A stretch of 64,000 nt of DNA. It comes from an uncultured bacterium. GTDB lineage: Bacteria > Zixibacteria > MSB-5A5 > CAIYYT01. Position 1 is the stretch's first letter. Each line of letters begins with the position of its first letter. Location of the stretch: NCBI GenBank assembly GCA_963726455.1, contig CAVSCK010000005.1:128001-192000 (forward strand), written 5' to 3'. This document shows positions 1-9,362 of this stretch, one piece after another. The translations under genes were made by a program, and so were the position numbers. Under the pieces are notes generated by a model, which made no database searches, was not told the origin of the DNA, and saw only the letters and a list, made by a program, of their open reading frames with translations.

Positions 1-302
1 TTGAGTTGTTGACCGTTCTGCCTCACTCCGAAATTGAACCCGCCAACGGGGTAATCGTTAAACAGATAGACCGGTACGTAGAAAGAATCGCCCTTGGAAG
101 TCGGCGAAAACGTTATACAGACGGGGCATCCAATTCGAAGCGTATCGCAAATACCCAGATCCAACTCCTTCAAGTTGGTGCTGTCGGCGTCCGCGATGCC
201 TCCGTGTACCACATAGCACGTGTCGACCGCGTAGACGCTGGCGCCCGGCACCACCGCCGCAACCGATAGCACGAATAGCACTAGCAAAACCTTCAACTTC
301 AT
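1..302 (-). CDS. 5' part of a secreted protein with an N-terminal cohesin-like domain (runs off the left edge; not in ORF track)
   Basis: Manual translation from ATG at 302 (RBS GGAGGT at 306-311): MKLKVLLVLFVLSVAAVVPGASVYA signal peptide, then DLGICDTLRIGC...DSFYVPVYLFNDYPVGGFNFGV, resembling the other cohesin-like modules in the cluster; frame open to position 1. Confidence 0.75.
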   Translation of the reverse strand, partial: MKLKVLLVLFVLSVAAVVPGASVYAVDTCYVVHGGIADADSTNLKELDLGICDTLRIGCPVCITFSPTSKGDSFYVPVYLFNDYPVGGFNFGVRQNGQQL

Positions 303-438
303 TTTACCTCCTATGTAGGGAAACATATTCCATTCACTGCCTGACCTTCGCATTCCAATCTCTCCTTCCTACCGCGTCAAGGATAACAGCGTTATACCTT
401 AACTTTCTCCACTACCCACGAACGCAAAGTATTCCGAA

Positions 439-467
439 TATATATCCGTTTCCGAAACTCCAGTCAA
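439..467 (-). promoter_or_regulatory. Possible sigma70 promoter for the leftmost gene
   Basis: TTGACT-17 bp-TATATA on minus strand. Confidence 0.4.
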
Positions 468-490
468 CAATTTTTTCAAAAATAATTGCC

Positions 491-2890
491 TCAGCAACCC
501 GCGCATGGCGCCGGACCGCCGGAGAAAATGTACGATATCAGATAAACAGCATCGGAAATATCAATCGAGCCGTCGCAGTTCACCTCTCCAGTGCTATATG
601 GCGAAGGCGCCGGGCCGCCGGAGAAGATATAGGCGATCAAATAGACGGCGTCGGAAATATCAACCCCGCCATCTCCGTTAGCGTCGCCGCAGACTGCGGG
701 ACTGCCGACGGTGACGCACGCACCCTGAAACGCCCCCTGATAAGTAAATAAACCGTGCGTGAGCGACTGCGTGAAGCTGGAATAAACCGTGTCGCGAATG
801 CAGATTTTCTGGTTTTTCAACGCATTAGTAACCTGGAATCTGACTTTGCAAATCACGCCGCTGCCTGCCGCCAGAGGCGCGTGTCCCCCGCCCATGTTCG
901 CTCTCAGGTCAAGGGTGGCTACCTTGCCGCCGTTGTAGATGTTGCTGAAGATCGCCTGCTCAAAGCCGGCGCAGCGCGTTCCCGAGATGTCGACGACGTT
1001 CAATAAGAGGGTGTTTACGGTAGCGCCCTTCCACGTGATTGGAATCTGCATCTGATCAACCGTGGCCGTATTGGTCAGACTGATGGGCACCTCAATTGTG
1101 TCGGTCCCGGTTCCGATGTACATATCCGCCAGTGACACCGTGTCGGCCGTCACCAGGATGCTATTCCACTTAGTGTGTTTGTTCGTTCCGCGCGGCTCAG
1201 TGACGGTTAGCGAGACCGAATATAACCCGGGAGTGCTGTAAACGATCGCCGGCGGACGCTGTTCCGTTGAGGTTTGTCCGTCGCCGAAACTCCACAACCA
1301 TGAGGTCGGATTATTGGGCGATATGTCATTAAAGGTTGTCGAAAACGGCGCATTACCCGCAACAAACCCGCCCTCGAAATTGGCATCAGGCAGCGCCTGC
1401 ATTGATGCGCCGACATTGGGCCTGCGTCCAATCAGACCCGCGTACGAAGGACTATTGTAACCGTCCACATTCTCGGCATAATTAGAGATCAGGTTTTGGA
1501 GCTCGGTCAGCGTCAAGGTCGGCTGCTGCGATTTGAGCAAGGCCGCCACGGCGGCTACGGCAGGCGCCGAGAAAGAAGTACCGTCGTACGTGCGATAGCC
1601 GATCAGTCCGGAATCGGAACTGGTCGAGTATATGCCCGCGCCGGGGCCGGAGAGATCGATCCAGGAACCATAGTTTGACCAGGAAGCGATGACGTCGTTC
1701 TTGTTCAGGGCCGAAACAGTTATCACACCCGGAATGGTGTCTTTCCACTCGGGGCAATTGAGCCCTTCGTTTCCGGCCGCATGAGTGACATACATGCCGG
1801 CAGCGATCGCCGTACGAATGGATGCCGCAAACGCCGCGGAATAGCCGTAGTTCACATCACAAGGCAGACTGGCGGTGCGGCCAAAGCTGTAATTGATGAC
1901 GTCCACGCCATTCAGTCGGGCATAATCGGTCGCCTGGGATGCGGCCGCGCTGTTTATGTACCCCAGTCCGGTGTTTGCCAGATAGCCCGCGCGCAGGCAG
2001 ACAATTCTTACGCCCGGGTTATACGGCTGCCAACCGCCACCGATGCCGGCGATTCCCTGCGCGTCATTGGTCACACCCGCGACGATTCCGGCGATGAAAG
2101 TTCCGTGGCCGTTCATGTCCATGGGATTATTGTCCGGACCGTTGCAGTCCTCGAACGGAGCGCAGCCCGTCTGCGAAGGCAGGAAATCCCAGCCGTCGAG
2201 ATCGTCCACCTTGCCGTTGCCGTCATCGTCGACGCCGTTAATATCGGCGGAATCAAATACTACGCCGTTATGGTTGAGGTCTTCGCCCGGATTCACCCAA
2301 ATATTCTTCTGCAGATCAGGGTGGCGATAGTTGACGCCCGAGTCGATGTCGCCGAACAAGATGACTGAATCGCCCGGCTGAGTGTCCCAGGCCTGATACA
2401 ATTTCATTCCGTGAGTACCGTTAGAGAGCCAGTACTGCAAACTGTCTTCCGGGTCGTTCGGTTCGATTTGCATCGGATACCAGTAGACCGGTTCGGCGGT
2501 GACGATGTTATCATCAAAACCGAAATCCTTCACGGCCGTCAGCACGTCAACCACGGAGGGATAATCGACCAAATAGAATCCGGTCAAATCGCTAAATCCC
2601 GAAGCCGGATCGGGAGTCTTGGAGCCGCTGAAAACCTTGCGGATTGAAGTCACGGAGTATTTCTCGAACAGGGCATCAACCGACGCCAGGCCCACCGCCA
2701 TCTTCACGCCCTGAAGTTCCTCCAGCGTCGACGGCACCAGCCCGGGTTTGAACTGCAAGATTAATTGACCCGGTTGTATCTGTATGCCGCCACCTATCAC
2801 CGGTGGGACAAAGTTCCTGTCGGCCATTACGGATACCGACAACATCAGTGCCGCCGCAAGCGACAGCAGAGCGACTTTAACAACTCGCAT
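491..2890 (-). CDS. Secreted S8 subtilisin-family protease with prodomain, PKD, cohesin-like domain and C-terminal dockerin
   Basis: Signal peptide; triad DIDSG / GHGTFIAG / GTSFSAP; PKD 'SWLWSFGDG'; cohesin-like 'ADTVSL..IEVPISLTN...PLAAGSGVICKVRF'; paired dockerin GDANGDGGVDISDAVYL / GEVNCDGSIDISDAVYL. Confidence 0.93.
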   Translation of the reverse strand: MRVVKVALLSLAAALMLSVSVMADRNFVPPVIGGGIQIQPGQLILQFKPGLVPSTLEELQGVKMAVGLASVDALFEKYSVTSIRKVFSGSKTPDPASGFSDLTGFYLVDYPSVVDVLTAVKDFGFDDNIVTAEPVYWYPMQIEPNDPEDSLQYWLSNGTHGMKLYQAWDTQPGDSVILFGDIDSGVNYRHPDLQKNIWVNPGEDLNHNGVVFDSADINGVDDDGNGKVDDLDGWDFLPSQTGCAPFEDCNGPDNNPMDMNGHGTFIAGIVAGVTNDAQGIAGIGGGWQPYNPGVRIVCLRAGYLANTGLGYINSAAASQATDYARLNGVDVINYSFGRTASLPCDVNYGYSAAFAASIRTAIAAGMYVTHAAGNEGLNCPEWKDTIPGVITVSALNKNDVIASWSNYGSWIDLSGPGAGIYSTSSDSGLIGYRTYDGTSFSAPAVAAVAALLKSQQPTLTLTELQNLISNYAENVDGYNSPSYAGLIGRRPNVGASMQALPDANFEGGFVAGNAPFSTTFNDISPNNPTSWLWSFGDGQTSTEQRPPAIVYSTPGLYSVSLTVTEPRGTNKHTKWNSILVTADTVSLADMYIGTGTDTIEVPISLTNTATVDQMQIPITWKGATVNTLLLNVVDISGTRCAGFEQAIFSNIYNGGKVATLDLRANMGGGHAPLAAGSGVICKVRFQVTNALKNQKICIRDTVYSSFTQSLTHGLFTYQGAFQGACVTVGSPAVCGDANGDGGVDISDAVYLIAYIFSGGPAPSPYSTGEVNCDGSIDISDAVYLISYIFSGGPAPCAGC

Positions 2891-2923
2891 CAGAGTGACT
2901 CCTTTCCAAGACGGAAAACGATC

Positions 2924-5287
2924 TTACTTAGACGGCGGGGGAGGACCTCCGCTAAATATGTAACTAATCAAAAATACAACGTCAGATATGTCGACCGTAC
3001 CACTGGCATCCGCATCCCCTGAGTACAGCGAGGGCGCCGGTCCATTGCCAAAGATGTAGGAGACAAGAAAGACCGCGTCGCTGATATCTATGTTATTGCT
3101 TTGATCGGCATCGCCGCGTAACCCGTGGATGTCTATCCCCCCCGACGATATGACCGGCAGATAGGCGCCGAAACTCGTCATGACGGCGGAAGTATATCCC
3201 GGATAGTCAGTTGTGTCGACGACATTGTGTCCCGGCAGCGGCGGCACCGCATCGTACTTAAGGTACATCCTAAATAGCACTCCGTCGCCCGCAGGCAATG
3301 GCGGCGAGCCACCGCCGTTATTGGCTATCATTCTCAGCACGAACTTGAAGCCCCCGGCCCAGGTTGCCGGCAGTGTGCGGCTCTCAAACGCCAAGCCGCG
3401 CGTTCCAACAAACGAAATCGAATCCAGCGATATGTCCATGTTCCCCCCGTAGGTTATCGGCAGAATCATGGACGTTATCGGCGCGTAGTTGTGCAGACGT
3501 ACGCTCACAACCAGAGGATCGGTACGGCTTCCCGAAAAGGGCTCCATGTCCAAAGTATCGGCATAGGCAATTATGTAAGCCGGCAGATTTGTCGTGTTCG
3601 TTCCTTGCGCGCCGCTGACCCGCAACTGGACATCGTAGCGGCCGGGATTTGCGTAAACGTGCGAAGGATTCTGAACTGTCGAGCTATCGCCATCGCCAAA
3701 ATACCATTTCCAGGTGTCTATCACTCCCGGGGCGGAACCGGAAAAATTCACGCTTAGCGGCGACAGACCAAAGCGCTGATCGCTGCCAATCTGGCCGGCG
3801 AAGATCTGCGAAACTGCCGTTGCCAAATTGATCCGGCCGCTTCCAAGCAGGCCGATATAGCCGGAATTCTGGGCGTCGATATTATCAGCCGTCGTGATGA
3901 TCAGAGTATCAAGCGCATTCTTCGATATGGATGGCACGCGCGAACGCAGCAAACCGGCCATGCCGGTCACGAACGGCGCCGCCATTGACGTACCCGACAA
4001 GTAGGTGTACGTGGGCGTGTTGTGATTCGAATAGGTGGAGTAGATGTTTGAACCGGGCGCTGCAACATCGACCCAGGAACCGTAGTTGGAGAATGACGAT
4101 TTGGCGCCGGACGAGGTCAGTGACGCCACTGCCAGCACATCCGTGCGGGAGCAAAGATAACTGGCTGATGAGTTGCCATCATTTCCGGCGGCAGAGACCA
4201 CAACCATTCCGTGGGCTATCGCATTCGTCACGGCAGCGCCGATGCCGCCGTCATTGGATGATCCCCAACTGCAGTTGACGGCCGTTACGCCTTTCTGAGT
4301 CGCATAGTAGAATGCCTGCGCTGCAAAATCCATCCGCACGTATCCACCTTCTTGACCACCGTTACTCTGAGACCAGCCAATTCGTAGCGGAACGATGCGG
4401 CAGCCGCGCTGCGACGGCGACCAGCCACCGGCTACACCCGCCACTCCGATACCGTTGTTGGTTATCGCCGCCATTATTCCCGCGGTGTGGGTTCCATGGC
4501 CGTTGAAATCCATTGGATCATTGTCCGGCTCGCTGCCATCTTCACCCGGCCAGGCCGAGACACCATTCACCCAATCCCAGCCACGAATATCATCTATGTA
4601 GAGATTGCCGTCATCGTCTTCCCCAGGATTGCCGTAGTACTCGGCCCAGTTGATCCAGATATTGCCGTTGACGTATGGCGAAGCGCCCGCGAGATCGGGA
4701 TGCTGCCAATTGACTCCGGTATCCATGGCGCCAACCAGGATCACGCTGTCTCCGGTCGCCGTGTTCCAGGCCTCCGGTGCATCAACATCCCGGTCATTCG
4801 ACTGGTTCAATCCCCACTGGATGCTGAACGACGGATCGTTTGGTACGGCGAAGACCGGATGTATGCTCACTTTCTCGACGTGCTCGATATCGGGAATTCC
4901 CCGAAAGTCGTTGAACGCCATTTCCAGTGAATCCTTGGCGTCGAATACGATTCGGTAATATCCCGACAGATCGAGTTCTTCAGCCGAACGCGGTTTCTCC
5001 GCGCCGACAAATAGCTTTTCAAAGGCCTTGGTACGATATTTTGAGAACAAGGCATCGACGGAGGTCAAGCCGGTATGTACGGCAGATTTCCCCGTGACAA
5101 AATGATTCCTGGCGACCTGCGGCTGAAAATTGACTACCAGCACTCCGTCGGCATACCACCAGTCATTCCCCGACCCAGCCGTCTGGGCGACAGCCGTCTC
5201 ATTCAGCAAGCCGCCCATCGTGAGGAGCGGTAGCAAAATGAAGAGGAAAAGGGCAATATAAGGGCGCGCCATTAAAGAAACGAACAT
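2924..5287 (-). CDS. Secreted S8 subtilisin-family protease with prodomain, PKD, cohesin-like domain and C-terminal dockerin (paralogue of 491-2890)
   Basis: Triad AMDTG / GHGTHTAG / GTSMAAP; oxyanion AAGN; PKD 'WKWYFGDG'; dockerin GDADQSNNIDISDAV / GDADASGTVDISDVV; RBS GGAG. Confidence 0.93.
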   Translation of the reverse strand: MFVSLMARPYIALFLFILLPLLTMGGLLNETAVAQTAGSGNDWWYADGVLVVNFQPQVARNHFVTGKSAVHTGLTSVDALFSKYRTKAFEKLFVGAEKPRSAEELDLSGYYRIVFDAKDSLEMAFNDFRGIPDIEHVEKVSIHPVFAVPNDPSFSIQWGLNQSNDRDVDAPEAWNTATGDSVILVGAMDTGVNWQHPDLAGASPYVNGNIWINWAEYYGNPGEDDDGNLYIDDIRGWDWVNGVSAWPGEDGSEPDNDPMDFNGHGTHTAGIMAAITNNGIGVAGVAGGWSPSQRGCRIVPLRIGWSQSNGGQEGGYVRMDFAAQAFYYATQKGVTAVNCSWGSSNDGGIGAAVTNAIAHGMVVVSAAGNDGNSSASYLCSRTDVLAVASLTSSGAKSSFSNYGSWVDVAAPGSNIYSTYSNHNTPTYTYLSGTSMAAPFVTGMAGLLRSRVPSISKNALDTLIITTADNIDAQNSGYIGLLGSGRINLATAVSQIFAGQIGSDQRFGLSPLSVNFSGSAPGVIDTWKWYFGDGDSSTVQNPSHVYANPGRYDVQLRVSGAQGTNTTNLPAYIIAYADTLDMEPFSGSRTDPLVVSVRLHNYAPITSMILPITYGGNMDISLDSISFVGTRGLAFESRTLPATWAGGFKFVLRMIANNGGGSPPLPAGDGVLFRMYLKYDAVPPLPGHNVVDTTDYPGYTSAVMTSFGAYLPVISSGGIDIHGLRGDADQSNNIDISDAVFLVSYIFGNGPAPSLYSGDADASGTVDISDVVFLISYIFSGGPPPPSK

Positions 5288-5347
5288 GAAAAAACTCCTA
5301 CGTCTGGATGGTGGACGCTTGATTGATCCGTAAACCCCTTCCCCCTA

Positions 5348-5376
5348 AATATAACACACCGTGCCGATTTTGTCAA
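5348..5376 (-). promoter_or_regulatory. sigma70 promoter for the S8 protease pair
   Basis: TTGACA-17 bp-TATATT with extended -10 TG. Confidence 0.65.
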
Positions 5377-5389
5377 TCAGCACGGTGTG
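5355..5389 (-). terminator. Intrinsic terminator of 5440-8688, overlapping the -35 of the next promoter
   Basis: CACACCGTGCTGATT-GACAA-AATCGGCACGGTGTG hairpin followed by TTATATTT. Confidence 0.6.
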
Positions 5390-5439
5390 AATTTCGGCCT
5401 ATTCCACTGGGTTAAGGCCCTGTGGACTAGTCAATTGGA

Positions 5440-8400
5440 CTACTTGCAGCCCACTCCGCAGTGAGGAGCAGCGCCACCGGCGAAGATGTACTGAATCAAG
5501 TACACGGCGTCGGAAATGTCAACTGTGCAGTCACCGTTGGCATCGCCCTTACCGAAGGCATAGTTGCAGCTTCCAGGAGCCGCACCACCGGCGAAGATGT
5601 ACTGAATCAAGAACACCGCATCGGAAATGTCAACCGCGCCGTCGCTGTTGGCATCGCCGCAATCGACGCAACCTGTGGCCGCGCACCAAGCTGGTTTTAC
5701 AGTCGGCACGCCATGGGCGCACAGGAACTTCTTGCCTGCGTCCACAGCAGCCTGCAGGCCGGCTAGCGAACCGCCTGTACGCGGCTGGCCGGCGAGGATC
5801 ACGTAAATGTCGAAGGTCCCGGTGGCCTTCGGGGTGATCGTCGCTGACTTGGCAAACACAAGCATGGAGTTCAGGTCCTGAGCCGTACCGGCAAACGCCG
5901 TGTAACCGACTGAGGTCTGAATCTTCTTCCACATCGTGTCATTCACGTAACCCTGTACACGATACACGGTGGAATTGTTATCCTGTACGAAACCGGCTTC
6001 CAACGGGTTGTTGTCACCACGAATACCGGCAAGAGCGGCATAGCGGGTGGTGTTGGAGCCCCATCTGCCCTGCTGATAAACCATCTGCCGGAGTTCATCG
6101 GTACCGGCCTGGTTGTCAGAGGAGTCATCGGGAACGTCGAAGTCGCAAGCGTACGAGATCATCATGTTGTTGATCGTGGCCGCCGGATTCTTCGGACCGG
6201 CATAGAACGCGATCTTGGCAACCATGAAGTCGGCGCTATCGGGGGCCTTCGGAGCGTAGAAATCTACATCAAAGGCAACCGACGAGTCGCGGTTACAACC
6301 CACGCCCCACGAATGACGGAACGAGGTGTTGATCGAGTCGTACGACATTCCGGACGTGCAGAACAAACGGCCGATTCTGCCGGCAAACGAGCCGATGAAG
6401 CCCGTGCTGTCGGAGAAGATCGCCGTGCTCATGTGCAAGCTGTCAGTACCCATCAGGACTGATCCGTCAAACAGATAGTTGGTATCCGGATGATCGGAGG
6501 CGTAATGGAAACCGTAACCATGGGGCTTCTGGGCGGCCGCACGGCTGTTCTGGTCGGTAACCATTCTGACGGTAGAAGTACGAATGTCCAGATTCGCTTC
6601 CATGTTCCAGGTGTTGAAGTTGTACAACTCAACCGGGAAGTTGAGAGTCTTCGCCAGCCAAGACCATGTAATCGTGGCCTTGAAGACGCCTTCGGTCCCG
6701 GGACCGGTAGCGGTCACGTTTGTCGTCTGGAAGTTGGTGCAACCGGCTGGAACTGAGCTGGTGCCTCCAACGTCGAAGGTCAACCATGAACCGGCCGGAG
6801 TGTAGGCAACAGTTCTGACGTAGTCAGCGGAGATGTTACCTACGTTGGTCAGCTTGATCGGGAAGCTGGCCGTATGGTTCGGGCCGGCTGCCGGGGTCGT
6901 ATGGAACGGCCACACTCTTTCGACAGGATCAGCGGACAATACCGCATCGGTCGCAACCGTGAAGCACGGATACGACATGTTCATGATCGGGTTAATGACT
7001 GCTCCGCCCTGGGCGTAGATATAGTCGCCCGGCGACTTGTCGACCATGTACTGAATTCTGATGGAGTCAGACACATGTTCCGCAGTACTGGTGAATCCTT
7101 CGGCAAAGCAGGCGCCGGTAAGGCAGTTGTCCGACCGGGTGTTCGACAGGTTGACCGGGTTACCCCACAGGTCGCCGTTCAAGCTGGTGGAACCTTGCGC
7201 GAAGATTTCATAGTTGACATATCTGGTGGCGCCGGAGGAAGCTGCTGCACCGCAATCGGTGTAGGTCGAATCGGCGGTCAGATAGTCGGGGTTCAACAAG
7301 TATACGGCGTACAGACGTCTGTTGCCGCCCTGCAGACACTCGGACAAGCTGGGCTTGGAAATGTTGAGCTGATATCCCGGAGGACGGCAGCTATTGTTGG
7401 AACCGTAATCGGAGGCATCCTTTACCAGGGACTGGCAACCGGAATTGCAGGAGCTCCAATGGAACAGCTTTGCCGGATAGATCAAATAAGTATGACCGGC
7501 GGTGTCATTCCACATGGTGGTATAGAGGACGTGCAGACATTCATTGTTGTCGTACAGCGGCGACATTTCGTTCGCGCGCATGCACATCACGGAACCGTCG
7601 CTGGCGACGATACTGTCTTCCGCGTTCGTGAAATGCTTCACGGTAGTGCGCGGTCCCCAGGTGGCGCCGGCGTCGTTTGATTCGCGGTAGACAATGTCAT
7701 CATTGTCGCCCCAGTTGCGGGCGAACTTGTTGGCCATCCAGCTTCTGGGATAGAAATAGACTGCCGCAACTTTATTCGAAGCGGCGACCGGGCTGGCAAC
7801 AATTTCGTACGACGAACTGGCAACGGAATCGAGGAAAGTACCGCAAGTGGCTGACGGAGCAACTACGTCGTCCGTCGACTTGTAGTACACCAACGAATAG
7901 CGACCGGTGGTGTCGCGACCCGGTGAGGTCGTGCCGCCGGCATATTCGCAGGTAAGGATATGGGCAATCGGTCTGCCGGAAACAGTATTGAGGTCACTAG
8001 CCACGGACGGCCAGATGTAACCCTCTTCGATCGTTCCCGGAATACCAATCTGGATGTTTTGGCAGTTCGGACGTGCCGGCAGCGAAGCCGGGGCGACCGG
8101 GTAATCGGCCAAACCGAAGATAAGACCGGCGCAGGAAGTCTGCATACCGGCCTGGACCGTCGAGCGGCCAAAGGTGGCATCCGGCGAAGTCCAGTGGTAA
8201 GCCATGATCGCAAAACCATTGATCGGATCGGTGGCGATCGAAGCATAACCGGAGGTCAGCGGACCAATGTCGGTCGGGAGCGGTGGATTTGACGGTGGAA
8301 CGTTGGCAACATAACGGATGTTGCGCGAACCGCCGGTCCAGTAATCGACTTCAGCATACATAAACACGTTATGAATGTTGCCGCTGCAACCAACAGCAAT

Positions 8401-8688
8401 CTGTCTCTGATTTCTGCCCGGGTTGCTTTGATGGTCGATCGTGCTGTAGCCGACTTGTTTGGTGAACATGTAATATCCCAGGGAAGACGGAGCAGTTGAC
8501 TGCGGCTTGCTGGCAACATTGCTGCCCGGATTGTCAATCAACTGATCGCCATTCCAATGCGTAGCCGAAAGTCCGACTTCCGCCGAGCGCGAGGCCTTAT
8601 CGTACGCCGCATTGGCGCCGAAGGCCGCTCCGCACAGGGATAACACGAAAATAGACAGAACAAATAGTACCGAGAGAGTTCTCGTCAT
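5440..8688 (-). CDS. Secreted Cys-rich protein with Asp-box (BNR) propeller-like region, BACON/Ig-like domain and C-terminal dockerin
   Basis: Signal peptide MTRTLSVLFVLSIFVLSLCGAAFG; Asp-box SNDAGATW; dockerin GDANSDGAVDISDAVFL / GDANGDCTVDISDAVYL; RBS AAGGAG. Confidence 0.8.
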   Translation of the reverse strand: MTRTLSVLFVLSIFVLSLCGAAFGANAAYDKASRSAEVGLSATHWNGDQLIDNPGSNVASKPQSTAPSSLGYYMFTKQVGYSTIDHQSNPGRNQRQIAVGCSGNIHNVFMYAEVDYWTGGSRNIRYVANVPPSNPPLPTDIGPLTSGYASIATDPINGFAIMAYHWTSPDATFGRSTVQAGMQTSCAGLIFGLADYPVAPASLPARPNCQNIQIGIPGTIEEGYIWPSVASDLNTVSGRPIAHILTCEYAGGTTSPGRDTTGRYSLVYYKSTDDVVAPSATCGTFLDSVASSSYEIVASPVAASNKVAAVYFYPRSWMANKFARNWGDNDDIVYRESNDAGATWGPRTTVKHFTNAEDSIVASDGSVMCMRANEMSPLYDNNECLHVLYTTMWNDTAGHTYLIYPAKLFHWSSCNSGCQSLVKDASDYGSNNSCRPPGYQLNISKPSLSECLQGGNRRLYAVYLLNPDYLTADSTYTDCGAAASSGATRYVNYEIFAQGSTSLNGDLWGNPVNLSNTRSDNCLTGACFAEGFTSTAEHVSDSIRIQYMVDKSPGDYIYAQGGAVINPIMNMSYPCFTVATDAVLSADPVERVWPFHTTPAAGPNHTASFPIKLTNVGNISADYVRTVAYTPAGSWLTFDVGGTSSVPAGCTNFQTTNVTATGPGTEGVFKATITWSWLAKTLNFPVELYNFNTWNMEANLDIRTSTVRMVTDQNSRAAAQKPHGYGFHYASDHPDTNYLFDGSVLMGTDSLHMSTAIFSDSTGFIGSFAGRIGRLFCTSGMSYDSINTSFRHSWGVGCNRDSSVAFDVDFYAPKAPDSADFMVAKIAFYAGPKNPAATINNMMISYACDFDVPDDSSDNQAGTDELRQMVYQQGRWGSNTTRYAALAGIRGDNNPLEAGFVQDNNSTVYRVQGYVNDTMWKKIQTSVGYTAFAGTAQDLNSMLVFAKSATITPKATGTFDIYVILAGQPRTGGSLAGLQAAVDAGKKFLCAHGVPTVKPAWCAATGCVDCGDANSDGAVDISDAVFLIQYIFAGGAAPGSCNYAFGKGDANGDCTVDISDAVYLIQYIFAGGAAPHCGVGCK

Positions 8689-9098
8689 CTTTTGCTCCTT
8701 TCAGAGTGAAAAAAACGTTGCAATAAAAAAAACCGTGTCCGATTTCGAAGTTTTCGCTCTGTAATAATTTGCTGTGACCACCTCCTCGATCAGCTTCCAT
8801 GAGAAAGCAGAGATCCTATTCTCTTTCTCTCATCAAAAGTCTGCGCTTAAACCATTTACTAATTTCATAAGATATGCTATAAAGCCCACGTATGTGCCGA
8901 CCGCTGTTCAATCAGACAAGACAGACCACGCCCACGTCGACATACACCGAATATTCGCAACAGAAAAGCTTAAGACGCGCACAATGGGCCACTTACGGAA
9001 TCCCGGCAAGTGAAGACCTGATAGACTCGATAAATCTGTGCTGGTAAAACAAAGTTTTACCGACTGAACCGCTAACAGCTACTTCCCGTAGCCAATCA

Positions 9099-9127
9099 AA
9101 AATAAGATTCTTGCGCCATTCTGTCAA
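9099..9127 (-). promoter_or_regulatory. sigma70 promoter about 400 nt upstream of 5440-8688
   Basis: TTGACA-17 bp-TATTTT. Confidence 0.5.
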
Positions 9128-9303
9128 GAAATTTTTCGGAAAAACTGACTACTCCGAGTTTGCTAACTCATTACCTTTGAAGCCAGTAAACGCAGATTCT
9201 GCGCCGAGAGTAATCGTTCGACCTTCAGAGTTTGCGTTCGAGGCAGATTCCCCCGATCGCGCCGAAAACAAGACTACTTAACCCGTTCTTCCTGCCCGAA
9301 ACA

Positions 9304-9337
9304 AGACGACCGCTGTCGGCATTGACAACGGTCGTCT
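9304..9337 (-). terminator. Intrinsic terminator after the giant repeat gene
   Basis: AGACGACCGTTGTC-AATGCC-GACAGCGGTCGTCT hairpin followed by TGTTTC. Confidence 0.65.
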
Positions 9338-9362
9338 GTAGTCACTTATGTTTACCGGTCCG

